This document shows, in pieces, positions 11,420 to 20,468 of a stretch of DNA of 64,000 nt (position 1 is the stretch's first letter; the number at the start of each line of letters is the position of its first letter). The notes under the pieces are model-generated. The model was not told the DNA's origin. It saw only the letters and a list, made by a program, of their open reading frames with translations, and searched no databases. The DNA is from Escherichia phage C6. The stretch lies in the sequence record MW679410.1; one strand, given 5' to 3'. The translations under genes were made by a program, and so were the position numbers.

Positions 11420-12424
11420 TTACGACACTAATTCAATCCATACTGCTCGTAGGGTATCTTTTACACACTCAACGAGCTGCTTTTTAACTTCAACAGGATT
11501 TTCTGCATCGGTTAATTCTAATTCTTCACGGGCGGCTTCTTCTAAGATATCTTGGACTGTCAAGCCCATTACCTTTCCGAAATCCTTTTTAGATACTTCG
11601 CCAATCTTACTGATGACATTATTAATGCGGTTAACAGTCACATAATCGGTGAATTGCCACATCAAATCCATATCGTCTTGGGATAAAACTACCACAGTCT
11701 TGATAGGCTTATCGGACTTTTTCTTCTCGCTGAATTTAGAGTTCTTACATTTAATCGCTACGCGATTTCCGTTTGGAAGCCAGGTAGGAATATCAGGTTT
11801 AAGTACAAAGCCTTCGGCTGTAAATACTTTACCTTCTACCTTAGGAATAAAGTCTGTCGAGTTTGCAATAGTTAGGCCAGCGTTATCCACTGCAAAATTA
11901 TAATCAGGAATAACTGAATCAAAGTCGTTAGGTAATTTAATAAGGTCTTCAAAGCTACCGGTGGCCAGACATGGAGCTACCTTAAACTTATGGATAATAC
12001 AGAAGGCTTCCATCAATGTATCGGTTAGAACAGATTCTGAACCATCTTCCTTAGTAACTCGGATATCGAACACATAAAAGTCTTTATCGCCGTAGTCCAC
12101 ATTCTTCTGGATACCTGTCCCAGCGAATTCGCCATAAATCTGGTACGACTGATAATTAATCGATTCAATTAGATGTTGAACAGATTTAATAGAATCAGCA
12201 TAGTTCTTAAGTACAATTTCATAACCATAGAAATCTTCAGCAGGGAGGATAGGGCCAGTGCGCTTGGCGCATGTGACTGCGTCACGTTCTATGATTAAAC
12301 TAAAGTTGGTTCCATGAATCTTCTCACGTGCCACCCATTCACCACTGGTCAAACCATTAGTACGGAGTTTTTCGATAAACTTACTGTTGTAGTGGTTTTC
12401 GAGACTGCTATATTTCTTGAACAT
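11420..12424 (-). CDS. rnlB: RNA ligase 2 (RnlB)
   Basis: 334 aa, same length as T4 Rnl2; [20 protein letters not shown]...[17 protein letters not shown] with the ligase KxHGxN motif. Confidence 0.93.
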   Translation of the reverse strand: MFKKYSSLENHYNSKFIEKLRTNGLTSGEWVAREKIHGTNFSLIIERDAVTCAKRTGPILPAEDFYGYEIVLKNYADSIKSVQHLIESINYQSYQIYGEFAGTGIQKNVDYGDKDFYVFDIRVTKEDGSESVLTDTLMEAFCIIHKFKVAPCLATGSFEDLIKLPNDFDSVIPDYNFAVDNAGLTIANSTDFIPKVEGKVFTAEGFVLKPDIPTWLPNGNRVAIKCKNSKFSEKKKSDKPIKTVVVLSQDDMDLMWQFTDYVTVNRINNVISKIGEVSKKDFGKVMGLTVQDILEEAAREELELTDAENPVEVKKQLVECVKDTLRAVWIELVS

Positions 12425-12538
12425 AAATCACCATAATAAATATAATTAAATAGAAGAGCTAGTAGTCTTCTGTCACCAAGCCAAATGGTTTAACGGAAGG
12501 ACCTAGACCCATTATAACACACCTAAATTTAAAGCATA

Positions 12539-12748
12539 TTACTTTGAACTAGAACGCGCTTTGCGCCGAACCTTGTTGTTCAATCTTTTACGATAAACAA
12601 CCTTTTCTTTCGCTTTAAATTTGGCCTTGGCTTGTTCTACATCAACCCATGCTTTGGCCATGTCCTTAGCGGTCCCGCCCATTTTTTTAGCAATTTCTAT
12701 AAAATTCAACCCAGATTCGTGTAAAAAATGTACTTTAACCTTATCCAT
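12539..12748 (-). CDS. Hypothetical small basic protein (24.2/24.3 position)
   Basis: 69-aa ORF between rnlB and hoc, lysine/arginine-rich C-terminus; no recognisable domain. Confidence 0.5.
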   Translation of the reverse strand: MDKVKVHFLHESGLNFIEIAKKMGGTAKDMAKAWVDVEQAKAKFKAKEKVVYRKRLNNKVRRKARSSSK

Positions 12749-12819
12749 AACAATTCTCTCGTTGAGTTGGTAAAACCCATCTTAACATAGAATTTTTAAC
12801 TTGTAAACAGGAATTTTGT

Positions 12820-12848
12820 ACTTTAACGCAAAATGGGCCTTGCGGCCC
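12820..12848 (-). terminator. Terminator-like hairpin after hoc
   Basis: GGGCC-TTGC-GGCCC hairpin followed on the minus strand by AUUUUGCG. Confidence 0.55.
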
Positions 12849-12852
12849 TTAA

Positions 12853-13701
12853 TTAATAAACGTAATCGTATATAATACCAGCTTCTAAAGCGGTGCGATG
12901 AATAATTCGACCATTACGAGATTCTTGTACATCAACCTCCGGATAGTCGGTAATCATTTTTTGAAGTGTGTATCGGTGCAAATAATACGGGCTATCCGGG
13001 TCATCTGTTTTCCAGTCTTGCCCAGCAATAGTCATTTTCTGAATTTCATCCATAACCCACCAACCACACCAGATATAAGCCGAATTGCGTACTGGCAATG
13101 GATGCACATAAGGTAATTCACCGTCAGGAACAGGTGCTACTTTAGCTGTGACTGTTACATTACCAGTTTTCGTAACAGTCGTCGGGTTATAATCAGTCGC
13201 CGAAACCACAACAGAAACTTCAATAACCTGTGAACCTTCAGCGCCTGTATCGATTGCTAGAGTATCCGTGGTGCCAGCAACAGGAGAACCGTCTTTCTTC
13301 CAAGAATAGGCAAAAGTAGCTCCACTCGGTGCGCCGACGACATCCGCTTTAAAAGAGGCCGGGGTGTCTTCCGGAACATTAATTGATTCTGGGGTTAATG
13401 TCACAGAAACATCAGACATAGTTTTATTCTGGATAGTTAAAGTTGTTTCGGCTTCAGCAGTTTCCGGTTCGCCTTCCGTTGGTGTAGTTGTTGCAACAAC
13501 TTTAATAGTCTTACTGCCTGCTGGACCAGCTGCGACATAATCCATTGCTGCAGTCACAGAAGATTGAGGAACGCCATCAACGGTCCAGACAAATGATTCG
13601 GTACCTTCAGCTGCAGCACCGGAACCGGTCGCAGTGAAATTGGTTGTTGCTCCAATAACGGCCGTAGCCGCCAAAGGAGCAATAGTTACGGTATAAGCCA
13701 T
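12853..13701 (-). CDS. hoc: Hoc outer capsid decoration protein, short form
   Basis: 282 aa; Thr/Ala/Val-rich beta-strand segments (Ig-like) and a C-terminal capsid-binding region (YVHPLPVRNSAYIWCGWWVMDEIQKM...) resembling the T4 Hoc C-terminus; shorter than T4 Hoc (about 376 aa). Confidence 0.8.
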   Translation of the reverse strand: MAYTVTIAPLAATAVIGATTNFTATGSGAAAEGTESFVWTVDGVPQSSVTAAMDYVAAGPAGSKTIKVVATTTPTEGEPETAEAETTLTIQNKTMSDVSVTLTPESINVPEDTPASFKADVVGAPSGATFAYSWKKDGSPVAGTTDTLAIDTGAEGSQVIEVSVVVSATDYNPTTVTKTGNVTVTAKVAPVPDGELPYVHPLPVRNSAYIWCGWWVMDEIQKMTIAGQDWKTDDPDSPYYLHRYTLQKMITDYPEVDVQESRNGRIIHRTALEAGIIYDYVY

Positions 13702-13710
13702 AATAAACCC

Positions 13711-14382
13711 TTATTTTAAAGTGACAAAAGATGAGTTACGAGTTTCTCGTACTAGAACAGACCCATTACGATTGATGTAATAAATCAAGCTGAATAGTGT
13801 TTGGTGTGCGGTAGGATGTTGGAAACTGGTCGGGCGTTCTTTCCAATCCGGAGTTTCAGAAATCCATTGATAAATCCACCAAGGAACGGTGCAATAACCT
13901 GGGTTCTTACCAATAAGCAAAAGATTAGGACTGAAGTTTTCAGGTAAAGAGAATACAGGTTTTTCCAATTCAACAACCTTGGCTACAGCTTCTTTGAATT
14001 TCTCTTCGTCAAACGGAACATCCTCTTCAATAATCTCTACCTTAGGATGTTCGGCTACCTCAACGACTTCAACAACTGCCTCAGGAGCATCGAACAACAG
14101 GGTTGCTTCTTCTTTAGCAGGTTCAGCACCATCAACAAATTCGTTAGCACCTGTAAGTTCGTCGGCAGCATCAATCAAATCAGAAATGGACAACCCTTCG
14201 GTTTCCGGAAGTGGTTCGTCGGCCAAGGCTTTAAGACCTTCAGTGATATCGATAATCAAATTATCAAACGAACGGGTTTTCTTAAGTTTTAAACCGAACT
14301 GTTCACCGTATTCGATTAACTTAGCTTTAGCTTCTTTTTTATCTTCGAGTGCACGAAGCTCTTCAATATATTGAGTATCCAT
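13711..14382 (-). CDS. inh: Putative Inh, inhibitor of prohead protease
   Basis: 223 aa, acidic; position between hoc and uvsW and size match T4 inh; sequence identity not confirmed from memory. Confidence 0.6.
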   Translation of the reverse strand: MDTQYIEELRALEDKKEAKAKLIEYGEQFGLKLKKTRSFDNLIIDITEGLKALADEPLPETEGLSISDLIDAADELTGANEFVDGAEPAKEEATLLFDAPEAVVEVVEVAEHPKVEIIEEDVPFDEEKFKEAVAKVVELEKPVFSLPENFSPNLLLIGKNPGYCTVPWWIYQWISETPDWKERPTSFQHPTAHQTLFSLIYYINRNGSVLVRETRNSSFVTLK

Positions 14383-14402
14383 AATTAGTCTCTTGTTGGT
14401 GT

Positions 14403-14410
14403 ATAAATAT
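14403..14410 (+). promoter_or_regulatory. Late promoter box TATAAATA upstream of uvsW
   Basis: Exact TATAAATA about 28 nt before the uvsW ATG. Confidence 0.55.
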
Positions 14411-14437
14411 AACTATATTTATAACTGAGAATTACTT

Positions 14438-15934
14438 ATGCAAATTCAAGTACATTTTGATAATTTTAGTCATGTCCGTATTGAATGCGATGAATCTACA
14501 TTCTACGAACTCAGAGACTATTTTAGCTTTGAAGCTGATGGATATAAATTCAACCCTAAATTTCGTTATGGACAATGGGATGGTCGTATTCGTCTTCTGG
14601 ATTATAACCGTAAACTGCCTTATGGATTGGTTCCACAGATTAAAAAATTCGCTGAACAATTTGAATACTCTCTGTGGATTGACCCACGTATTCTTGAACA
14701 GGAAGATATTTCTCGTGAAGATTTTGACTCATGGGTTGCTTCTCAAGAAATTTATTCAGGGTCTACCAAGATTGAGCCTCATTGGTATCAGAATGAAGCC
14801 GTATACAACGGCCTGACAAAACGTCGCGCAATTCTGAATTTACCTACATCCGCAGGTAAATCATTAATCCAGGCACTCCTGAGTCGATATTACGTTGAGA
14901 ACTATGAAGGTAAAATCCTTATTCTGGTTCCTACTACTGCACTCGTTGACCAGATGATTAATGACTTCATTGATTATCGTCTGTTCCCTAAAGCAGCAAT
15001 GCTTGGTATTCGTTCAGGTACTGCTCGTGATTCTGATGCAATGATTTACGTTTCGACTTATCAAACCGCTATCAAGCAACCTAAAGAATGGTTCGCTCAG
15101 TTTGGTATGTTTATGAACGACGAATGCCATTTGGCCACAGGTAAATCTATTTCTACTATCATCGAAGGCCTAACCAACTGTATGTTTAAATTCGGTTTGT
15201 CCGGTTCTTTAAAAGATGGTAAAGCTAATTTAATGCAATATATGGGTTTGTTTGGTGATGTGTTTAAGCCGGTATCCACTTCACAGTTGATGGAAGAAGG
15301 ACAGGTTACTGACCTTAAAATCAACAGTATTTTCCTTCGATACCCAGACGAATTCACAGTTAAGATGAAAGGTAAAGATTACCAATCAGAAATTAAAGTC
15401 ATTACTAAGGCTACTCGTCGTAATAAATGGGTTGCTAATTTAGCTGTTAAACTCGCTAAGAAAGAAGAGAACGTATTCCTGATGTTTAAAAACATCGAAC
15501 ACGGTAAAACTCTTTTTGAAATGGTTAAAGAGCAACATAAAGAAGTTTATTATGTATCAGGTGAAGTTAATACCGAAACGCGTAATGCTCTGAAAGTAAT
15601 GGCGGAAAATGGTAAGGGTATTATTGTTGTGGCAAGTTACGGTGTGTTCTCTACCGGTATTTCCGTTAAGAACCTTCACCACGTTGTATTTGCCCATCCA
15701 GTAAAATCTAAAATCATTGTACTCCAGACAATTGGTCGTGTACTCCGTAAACATGCTTCTAAATCAACAGCACAAGTATGGGATATCATCGACGACATGG
15801 GTGTTAAGCCTAAATCAGCTACGGCTAAAAAGAAATATGTTCATTTGAACTACGCCCTCAAACACGCTTTAGAACGTATTCAACGTTATGCTGATGAGAA
15901 ATTTAATTACGTAATGAAACAGGTGGATTTATGA
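14438..15934 (+). CDS. uvsW: UvsW RNA-DNA and DNA-DNA helicase
   Basis: 498 aa; MQIQVHFDNFSHVRIECDESTFYELRDYFSFEADGYKFNPKFRYGQWDGRIRLLDYNR...LNLPTSAGKS...DECH match T4 UvsW; TATAAATA box at 14403-14410. Confidence 0.95.
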   Translation: MQIQVHFDNFSHVRIECDESTFYELRDYFSFEADGYKFNPKFRYGQWDGRIRLLDYNRKLPYGLVPQIKKFAEQFEYSLWIDPRILEQEDISREDFDSWVASQEIYSGSTKIEPHWYQNEAVYNGLTKRRAILNLPTSAGKSLIQALLSRYYVENYEGKILILVPTTALVDQMINDFIDYRLFPKAAMLGIRSGTARDSDAMIYVSTYQTAIKQPKEWFAQFGMFMNDECHLATGKSISTIIEGLTNCMFKFGLSGSLKDGKANLMQYMGLFGDVFKPVSTSQLMEEGQVTDLKINSIFLRYPDEFTVKMKGKDYQSEIKVITKATRRNKWVANLAVKLAKKEENVFLMFKNIEHGKTLFEMVKEQHKEVYYVSGEVNTETRNALKVMAENGKGIIVVASYGVFSTGISVKNLHHVVFAHPVKSKIIVLQTIGRVLRKHASKSTAQVWDIIDDMGVKPKSATAKKKYVHLNYALKHALERIQRYADEKFNYVMKQVDL

Positions 15935-16158
15935 AAACCTTTAAAGAAGTTATTCAAGAAGCATCTATTGAAAGCTTCATGTCTAAAATTAGTTCTTGTC
16001 AGACCATGGACGGTCTGGAGGAATTGGAGAAGTATTACAAAACTCGTAGTAAGGAAGCCGAACTTCGTGATTCGGATGATATTAGCGTGCGCGATGCATT
16101 GGCTGGTAAGAGAGCTGAATTGGAGTCGATGGACGACGAGGAAGAGGAAGATTTCTAA
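15931..16158 (+). CDS. uvsW.1: UvsW.1 small acidic protein
   Basis: 75 aa, overlaps the uvsW stop (ATGA), acidic C-terminus DDEEEEDF; matches T4 UvsW.1 position and size. Confidence 0.85.
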   Translation: MKTFKEVIQEASIESFMSKISSCQTMDGLEELEKYYKTRSKEAELRDSDDISVRDALAGKRAELESMDDEEEEDF

Positions 16159-16212
16159 ACAAAAAGGGCCCAACCTTTCGGAAGGGCCAATAACCATAAA
16201 ATGGCTATACAC

Positions 16213-16386
16213 ACTAGACTAAATTAATAATTGGGTTTCGTTCAGCTGTTCTTCAGTGTTTTCCGTAACTGGCAAGCTTTGAACGTAATTATAGCATGGA
16301 CCCGGATGAACCGGACCTTTTTCTGTTTCAACAACCAATGCAGCATCGATTGGAGTTTTACAGACAACGCAAATCTTATCTGACAT
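16213..16386 (-). CDS. Small CxxC protein (uvsY.-2 position), not in the ORF track
   Basis: Manual minus-strand translation MSDKICVVCKTPIDAALVVETEKGPVHPGPCYNY... (57 codons) between uvsW.1 and uvsY; below the ORF-track length cut-off. Confidence 0.5.
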
Positions 16387-16512
16387 GATTGTCTCCTTAG
16401 TTTAACTTACATATCTATTTATTACTTGCTAAAGCGGCATTAATGAATTCTTGGAGAAGTTTCATCTTATCGGCATCTACTTTAATGGGTTTGGTATTTT
16501 TAGTACGTCTCA

Positions 16513-16947
16513 TTATTTACCTGCCTCAAATTGTCTCATCTCATGCATAGTCTTAAGGTTAAAACCACGCGCCTTAATAGCATCAAGTGCCGAACTACAG
16601 AAGTCCTGTAATAAAGCCCAATACTGGATTGATGTATCGATTTTAATTACACTAGAATCTGCAGCCATTACAGTCTTTAATTCAGACTTCTCATATTGGT
16701 CCATACAAACCTCATCACCAGGCTCTCCGCGTCCCGTGTAGAAATCTAATCGCTTCTTAAGTGAGGTCTTTTTCTGGATTTCTAATCTCATTATTTCTTT
16801 CTTACAATTCGTATACAGTCTTAGCCATTTGCTGTGCAGCAAAACGTTGTTCTGTACTTCATACTGTAACCGAGTTCCATCAATCTTTAAATCTTCATCC
16901 AAAGCATCTTGAAACGACTCTAATTTATATTCAATCTCTTTACTCAT
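16513..16947 (-). CDS. uvsY: UvsY recombination mediator
   Basis: Similar to T4 UvsY (KLQYE..NNV.L.SKWL...YEKSE.KTV..AD..V.K.DTS.QYW..L.DFCS.ALDAIK.RGF....EAGK); start moved to the internal Met at 16947 to match the T4 N-terminus. Confidence 0.88.
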   Translation of the reverse strand: MSKEIEYKLESFQDALDEDLKIDGTRLQYEVQNNVLLHSKWLRLYTNCKKEIMRLEIQKKTSLKKRLDFYTGRGEPGDEVCMDQYEKSELKTVMAADSSVIKIDTSIQYWALLQDFCSSALDAIKARGFNLKTMHEMRQFEAGK

Positions 16948-16978
16948 CGCATGTTTCCTGTGTAATAACCATAGGACC

Positions 16979-17008
16979 ATTATACACTATTCATTTGAAT
17001 AGCAATTA
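16979..17008 (-). promoter_or_regulatory. Putative MotA-dependent middle promoter for uvsY
   Basis: Minus strand TATAAT (-10) with a TTGCTAT MotA-box-like element centred about 20 nt upstream. Confidence 0.4.
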
Positions 17009-17395
17009 ACCACTCTGTGAGAGCTGGATTCTAATTTGCTCTAATGTATCAGGGTCATCAACGATACTAAACTGAACGGTCACGATAATCGAGTTATCAT
17101 CGTACACAGGTGTCACACCTACAGCCAGGGCAGAAATTCTAGGTTCGAAGTTCCGCACAGCGGAAACTATATTACGCTTAATAGTATCCGTGATTAATGG
17201 GGTGATATTCTCAAACAATTGGTTACTGATGTCGCAACCAAATTCCGGCATAAAAGGGCGTGAACCTTTGCGAGTAGTAATAATGCCTAACAAACTATTT
17301 TTTACTGCACGAGCGCCTGTAGCTTTAGCGACGTCTCTATTCCAAGACGTCCTCATTTCAGGGTCTAAATCCGAATACATTTTATTGATATTCAT
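17006..17395 (-). CDS. 25: Baseplate wedge protein gp25
   Basis: 129 aa; LLGIITTRKGSRPF.PEFGCD...QLFEN.TPL matches T4 gp25. Confidence 0.93.
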   Translation of the reverse strand: MNINKMYSDLDPEMRTSWNRDVAKATGARAVKNSLLGIITTRKGSRPFMPEFGCDISNQLFENITPLITDTIKRNIVSAVRNFEPRISALAVGVTPVYDDNSIIVTVQFSIVDDPDTLEQIRIQLSQSG

Positions 17396-18018
17396 TACAT
17401 CACCTTAAAGAACTCTTTAAGTCCCTCAATAACGTGGACGGTATGTTCACCACATTCACAAGAAATAGGTATGGCCAAAATAGGCTTAGGGGCGACTAGG
17501 GCATCATAAACTTCTTTTATATCTTTTTCTGTTATCACAGAATAAAGGTCATCAAGTTCCGCATCGCTTAAATCGGAAAGAAAAAGCTTTTCGCCTGCAG
17601 AAGTTAAAATATAATCGATACACCCTGCGACCATCATAGCCCTATTTTTATCTTCAAAGAGTTTAGGGTATCTGAAAACAATTTTAAAGTTGCCAAAGTC
17701 TTTAATAACATCAGGCTCTTTACCTAATGTTGCGCGAGTTAGTGTCATAGGGACAACCTGTGAGCGACCACAACTACAAACCCACTCACGTTCTATATTC
17801 ACTTCAGCTAATGAATGGGCCCACAGGTTTATCACCAGGAGCTCAGATTCTTGCTTGTTTAAATCACGAGCATCTGTGCAATTGGAAATGAGTTCATTGA
17901 TAAAGGACTCTATTCTGCCTTCTAATTTAGCTTGGAGCAAGTCCTTATACTCTCTGAGGGTAAATGCTCTGCATTTTATGGTTTTGTTTTTAATTTTTAC
18001 GTCAAAAGTATAATTCAT
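17395..18018 (-). CDS. 26: Baseplate hub subunit gp26
   Basis: 207 aa; position upstream of 25 and divergent from 51 as in T4; size matches T4 gp26. Confidence 0.85.
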   Translation of the reverse strand: MNYTFDVKIKNKTIKCRAFTLREYKDLLQAKLEGRIESFINELISNCTDARDLNKQESELLVINLWAHSLAEVNIEREWVCSCGRSQVVPMTLTRATLGKEPDVIKDFGNFKIVFRYPKLFEDKNRAMMVAGCIDYILTSAGEKLFLSDLSDAELDDLYSVITEKDIKEVYDALVAPKPILAIPISCECGEHTVHVIEGLKEFFKVM

Positions 18019-18037
18019 TGTCTTCTCCTTTAAGCTT

Positions 18038-18048
18038 ATTTATAAATA
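18038..18048. promoter_or_regulatory. Divergent late promoter boxes between genes 26 and 51
   Basis: TATTTATAAATA contains TATAAATA on both strands. Confidence 0.6.
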
Positions 18049-18068
18049 CATCAATAAGAGGACACCCT

Positions 18069-18821
18069 ATGGCTAATATAGTACGTTGTGAAATGCCTGA
18101 TGGAGTCCACCGATTTAAACCTTTTACAGTAGCTGATTATCGTGATTTTATTTTGATTCGAAATGACATGAATAATAAATCACCTGAAGAGCAAAAACAA
18201 ATTTTAGATGAGTTACTGGAAGAATACTTCGGTGAATATCCTATGTCATGGCGCCCGTATATGTTCATTGAACTTTACACGTCATCACTCGGCAAGACCA
18301 AAATTCCTATCCGATACACTTGCAGTAAGTGCGAAAAGGATAGACAAGTTTTATTCAATTTGAAACAGGCCAAGTTAGATAATCCCACAATTGAAGTGGC
18401 GGGCTTGAAGCTAACATTCAAATTTCCGGAAATAGAATATCCAGACAAATCTGAATTGATTTTGAACACCCTCCAAACCGTAGAAGATGAAAACGGAAAA
18501 TATAATTGGACTGACCTTTCTGAAGAAGACCAATTAGCCGTAATAGATGCTATAGACTTATCCACTTTAGAGGATATAGTCAAACAAACCAGCCCTATTA
18601 ATTTCGAACTCAAATATGGATGTTGTAATCGTAGAACGATTGCGTATACCGATATTTTAGAGGTGTTTAAGCTTATAGTCAATCCGGATGAGATATTTTT
18701 ATTTTACCAAATAAACCATTTATTGGTAAAGAACAATTATTCATTAGAAAGCATTATGCAGATGATTCCAATCGAACGCGGTATTGCTTTGTCTTTGGTT
18801 GAAAAGGACCTTAAGAAATGA
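18069..18821 (+). CDS. 51: Baseplate hub assembly catalyst gp51
   Basis: Start moved to the Met at 18069 (AAGAGG upstream, TATAAATA at 18041-18048), giving 250 aa as in T4 gp51; the ORF-track start 18018 would overlap the divergent gene 26 start. Confidence 0.85.
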   Translation: MANIVRCEMPDGVHRFKPFTVADYRDFILIRNDMNNKSPEEQKQILDELLEEYFGEYPMSWRPYMFIELYTSSLGKTKIPIRYTCSKCEKDRQVLFNLKQAKLDNPTIEVAGLKLTFKFPEIEYPDKSELILNTLQTVEDENGKYNWTDLSEEDQLAVIDAIDLSTLEDIVKQTSPINFELKYGCCNRRTIAYTDILEVFKLIVNPDEIFLFYQINHLLVKNNYSLESIMQMIPIERGIALSLVEKDLKK

Positions 18822-19987
18822 GTTCAAAAACTATGCAACGTGAAGGCTTTCCTAATATCAGTATACGCCTTTACGAAGATTATGACGCCTGGTTAGAGCA
18901 TCGTTTTGTTGAACTAGGCGCTACATTTACTACTCTAACAATGCGAGATGGACTTTACGGTAGTAATGAAGGGTTGCTCCAGTTTTATGATGCAAAGAAC
19001 CTTCATACTAAAATGGATGGCGAACAGATTATTCAAATTTCTGTTAAGAATGCTAACTCCGAGCGTACCCAATCAAGAATTTATGGAAGTAAACACTTTG
19101 CTGTAGGAGTGGATTCGAAGGGCGACAATATCATAACAATACAACTCGCCCCAATCCACTTTTTAGAAAATCTTAAATTCGGGCGTATGTTCTTCCCTAG
19201 TGTCCAAGAAACATTAACTGAAATGATTGGTGTTATTTACCAAGACCGTCCACTTCTTGCACCTCCATTGAACGGGATAAACGTTTATGTTCCTAATGTT
19301 CCTTGGTGTGATTCAATGGACCGTTATATGGAATTTGTACGAGAAGTAGGTATGGCCGTTGAATCTGATAAATTTGTATTTGTCTGGGAAGATATAGATG
19401 GTATTTCTATCATGGACTACGAATTTATGGTTAATCAAGAGCCAATTAATTTTGTGGTAGGTGAGCCTCGTTTAATAGGCCAATACGTCCAAGATATGGA
19501 CACTCCTATCGCATTTGATTTTGAATGGTTAACTAAAGCCAACCAGCATTCCAGAAAACCATATGAAAACGCTACTGTATACGCACACTCTTTCTTAGAC
19601 AAAAACGCCACACGAATTACTTTTGGTGATGGGCAAAACAGTATATTGGTTTCTCGCTCTGGTGGATATTCTGATTATACCTACCGAAATGGATTTGAAG
19701 AAGCCGATAGATTAGTTACTATGGCCCAATACGATGGCTATGCTCATTGTAAGGTATACGGTAACTTTGAACTAACTCCAGGCGATAAGATTAATTTCTA
19801 TGACCCTAAAAACCAATTCCAATACGATTTTTATGTAGACGAAGTTATTCATGAAGTGAGTAACAATACATCAATTACAAACCTTTATATGTTTACTAAT
19901 GGTAAGCCTATTAAGATTGAAGAACCACCGAAGGTTAAAAATGAACTTAAAACTGATACTCCCGATCAAGAAAATAACGCTGGGTGA
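18818..19987 (+). CDS. 27: Baseplate hub subunit gp27
   Basis: 389 aa; ...[46 protein letters not shown]... matches T4 gp27. Confidence 0.93.
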   Translation: MSSKTMQREGFPNISIRLYEDYDAWLEHRFVELGATFTTLTMRDGLYGSNEGLLQFYDAKNLHTKMDGEQIIQISVKNANSERTQSRIYGSKHFAVGVDSKGDNIITIQLAPIHFLENLKFGRMFFPSVQETLTEMIGVIYQDRPLLAPPLNGINVYVPNVPWCDSMDRYMEFVREVGMAVESDKFVFVWEDIDGISIMDYEFMVNQEPINFVVGEPRLIGQYVQDMDTPIAFDFEWLTKANQHSRKPYENATVYAHSFLDKNATRITFGDGQNSILVSRSGGYSDYTYRNGFEEADRLVTMAQYDGYAHCKVYGNFELTPGDKINFYDPKNQFQYDFYVDEVIHEVSNNTSITNLYMFTNGKPIKIEEPPKVKNELKTDTPDQENNAG

Positions 19988-20468
19988 CAAAGAGATTTCT
20001 ATTCCTAAATTGGGCCTTAAACACCAGAAATTGGTTAAAGATGAAAAGGACCCTTACAAGGCTCTTCACATATTAATGAATTCCATTTATAAAGGTTTAT
20101 CTGCGGCAGAGACCGATTTTGCAGCTCTTCATCTTTTAGAATTTAATGGAAGATTAAAAAGTAAAGTAACCAAAGACGGATTTACTTATAACTTAAATGA
20201 CCTTTATATCTGCCAGCGACTTGAATTCCAATTCCAAGGTAAAACATTTAAATTTAAATCACACGAACCATTTCAAACATTTGGTCCTGTTGATAGTGTA
20301 TTACAATCTCTTTACCTTGGTGATGATGTACCAGATTTTCTGGATATGCCTGCCTTTGTTGCTACATGGGCCGACGATATAACTTCTACCATAGCTATCC
20401 CTGGTCCTAATGGTCCTATCAAAGGATTGCTTAAAATCATGGATATCTTAAATGAAGAACGAATCTAA
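19941..20468 (+). CDS. 28: Baseplate distal hub subunit gp28
   Basis: Start moved to the Met at 19941 ([23 protein letters not shown] upstream), about 175 aa as in T4 gp28; overlaps the end of gene 27 in another frame. Confidence 0.85.
   Translation: MNLKLILPIKKITLGDKEISIPKLGLKHQKLVKDEKDPYKALHILMNSIYKGLSAAETDFAALHLLEFNGRLKSKVTKDGFTYNLNDLYICQRLEFQFQGKTFKFKSHEPFQTFGPVDSVLQSLYLGDDVPDFLDMPAFVATWADDITSTIAIPGPNGPIKGLLKIMDILNEERI

Noticed and set aside
12779-12808. Possible early promoter for the 69-codon ORF (GTTTAC-N18-TAAGAT)
   Set aside because: The -35 box is good but the -10 hexamer is poor, so it is not listed as a feature.
13979-14374. 131-codon plus-strand Ser/Ala-rich ORF
   Set aside because: Antisense to the inh gene; the low-complexity composition mirrors the acidic Glu/Asp-rich codons of the real gene.
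16159-16212. Possible terminator hairpin after uvsW.1 (GGGCCCAACCTTTCGGAAGGGCC)
   Set aside because: Only a 4-bp stem (CCTT/AAGG) around a TCGG loop can be drawn cleanly and there is no U-run, so the evidence is too weak to annotate.
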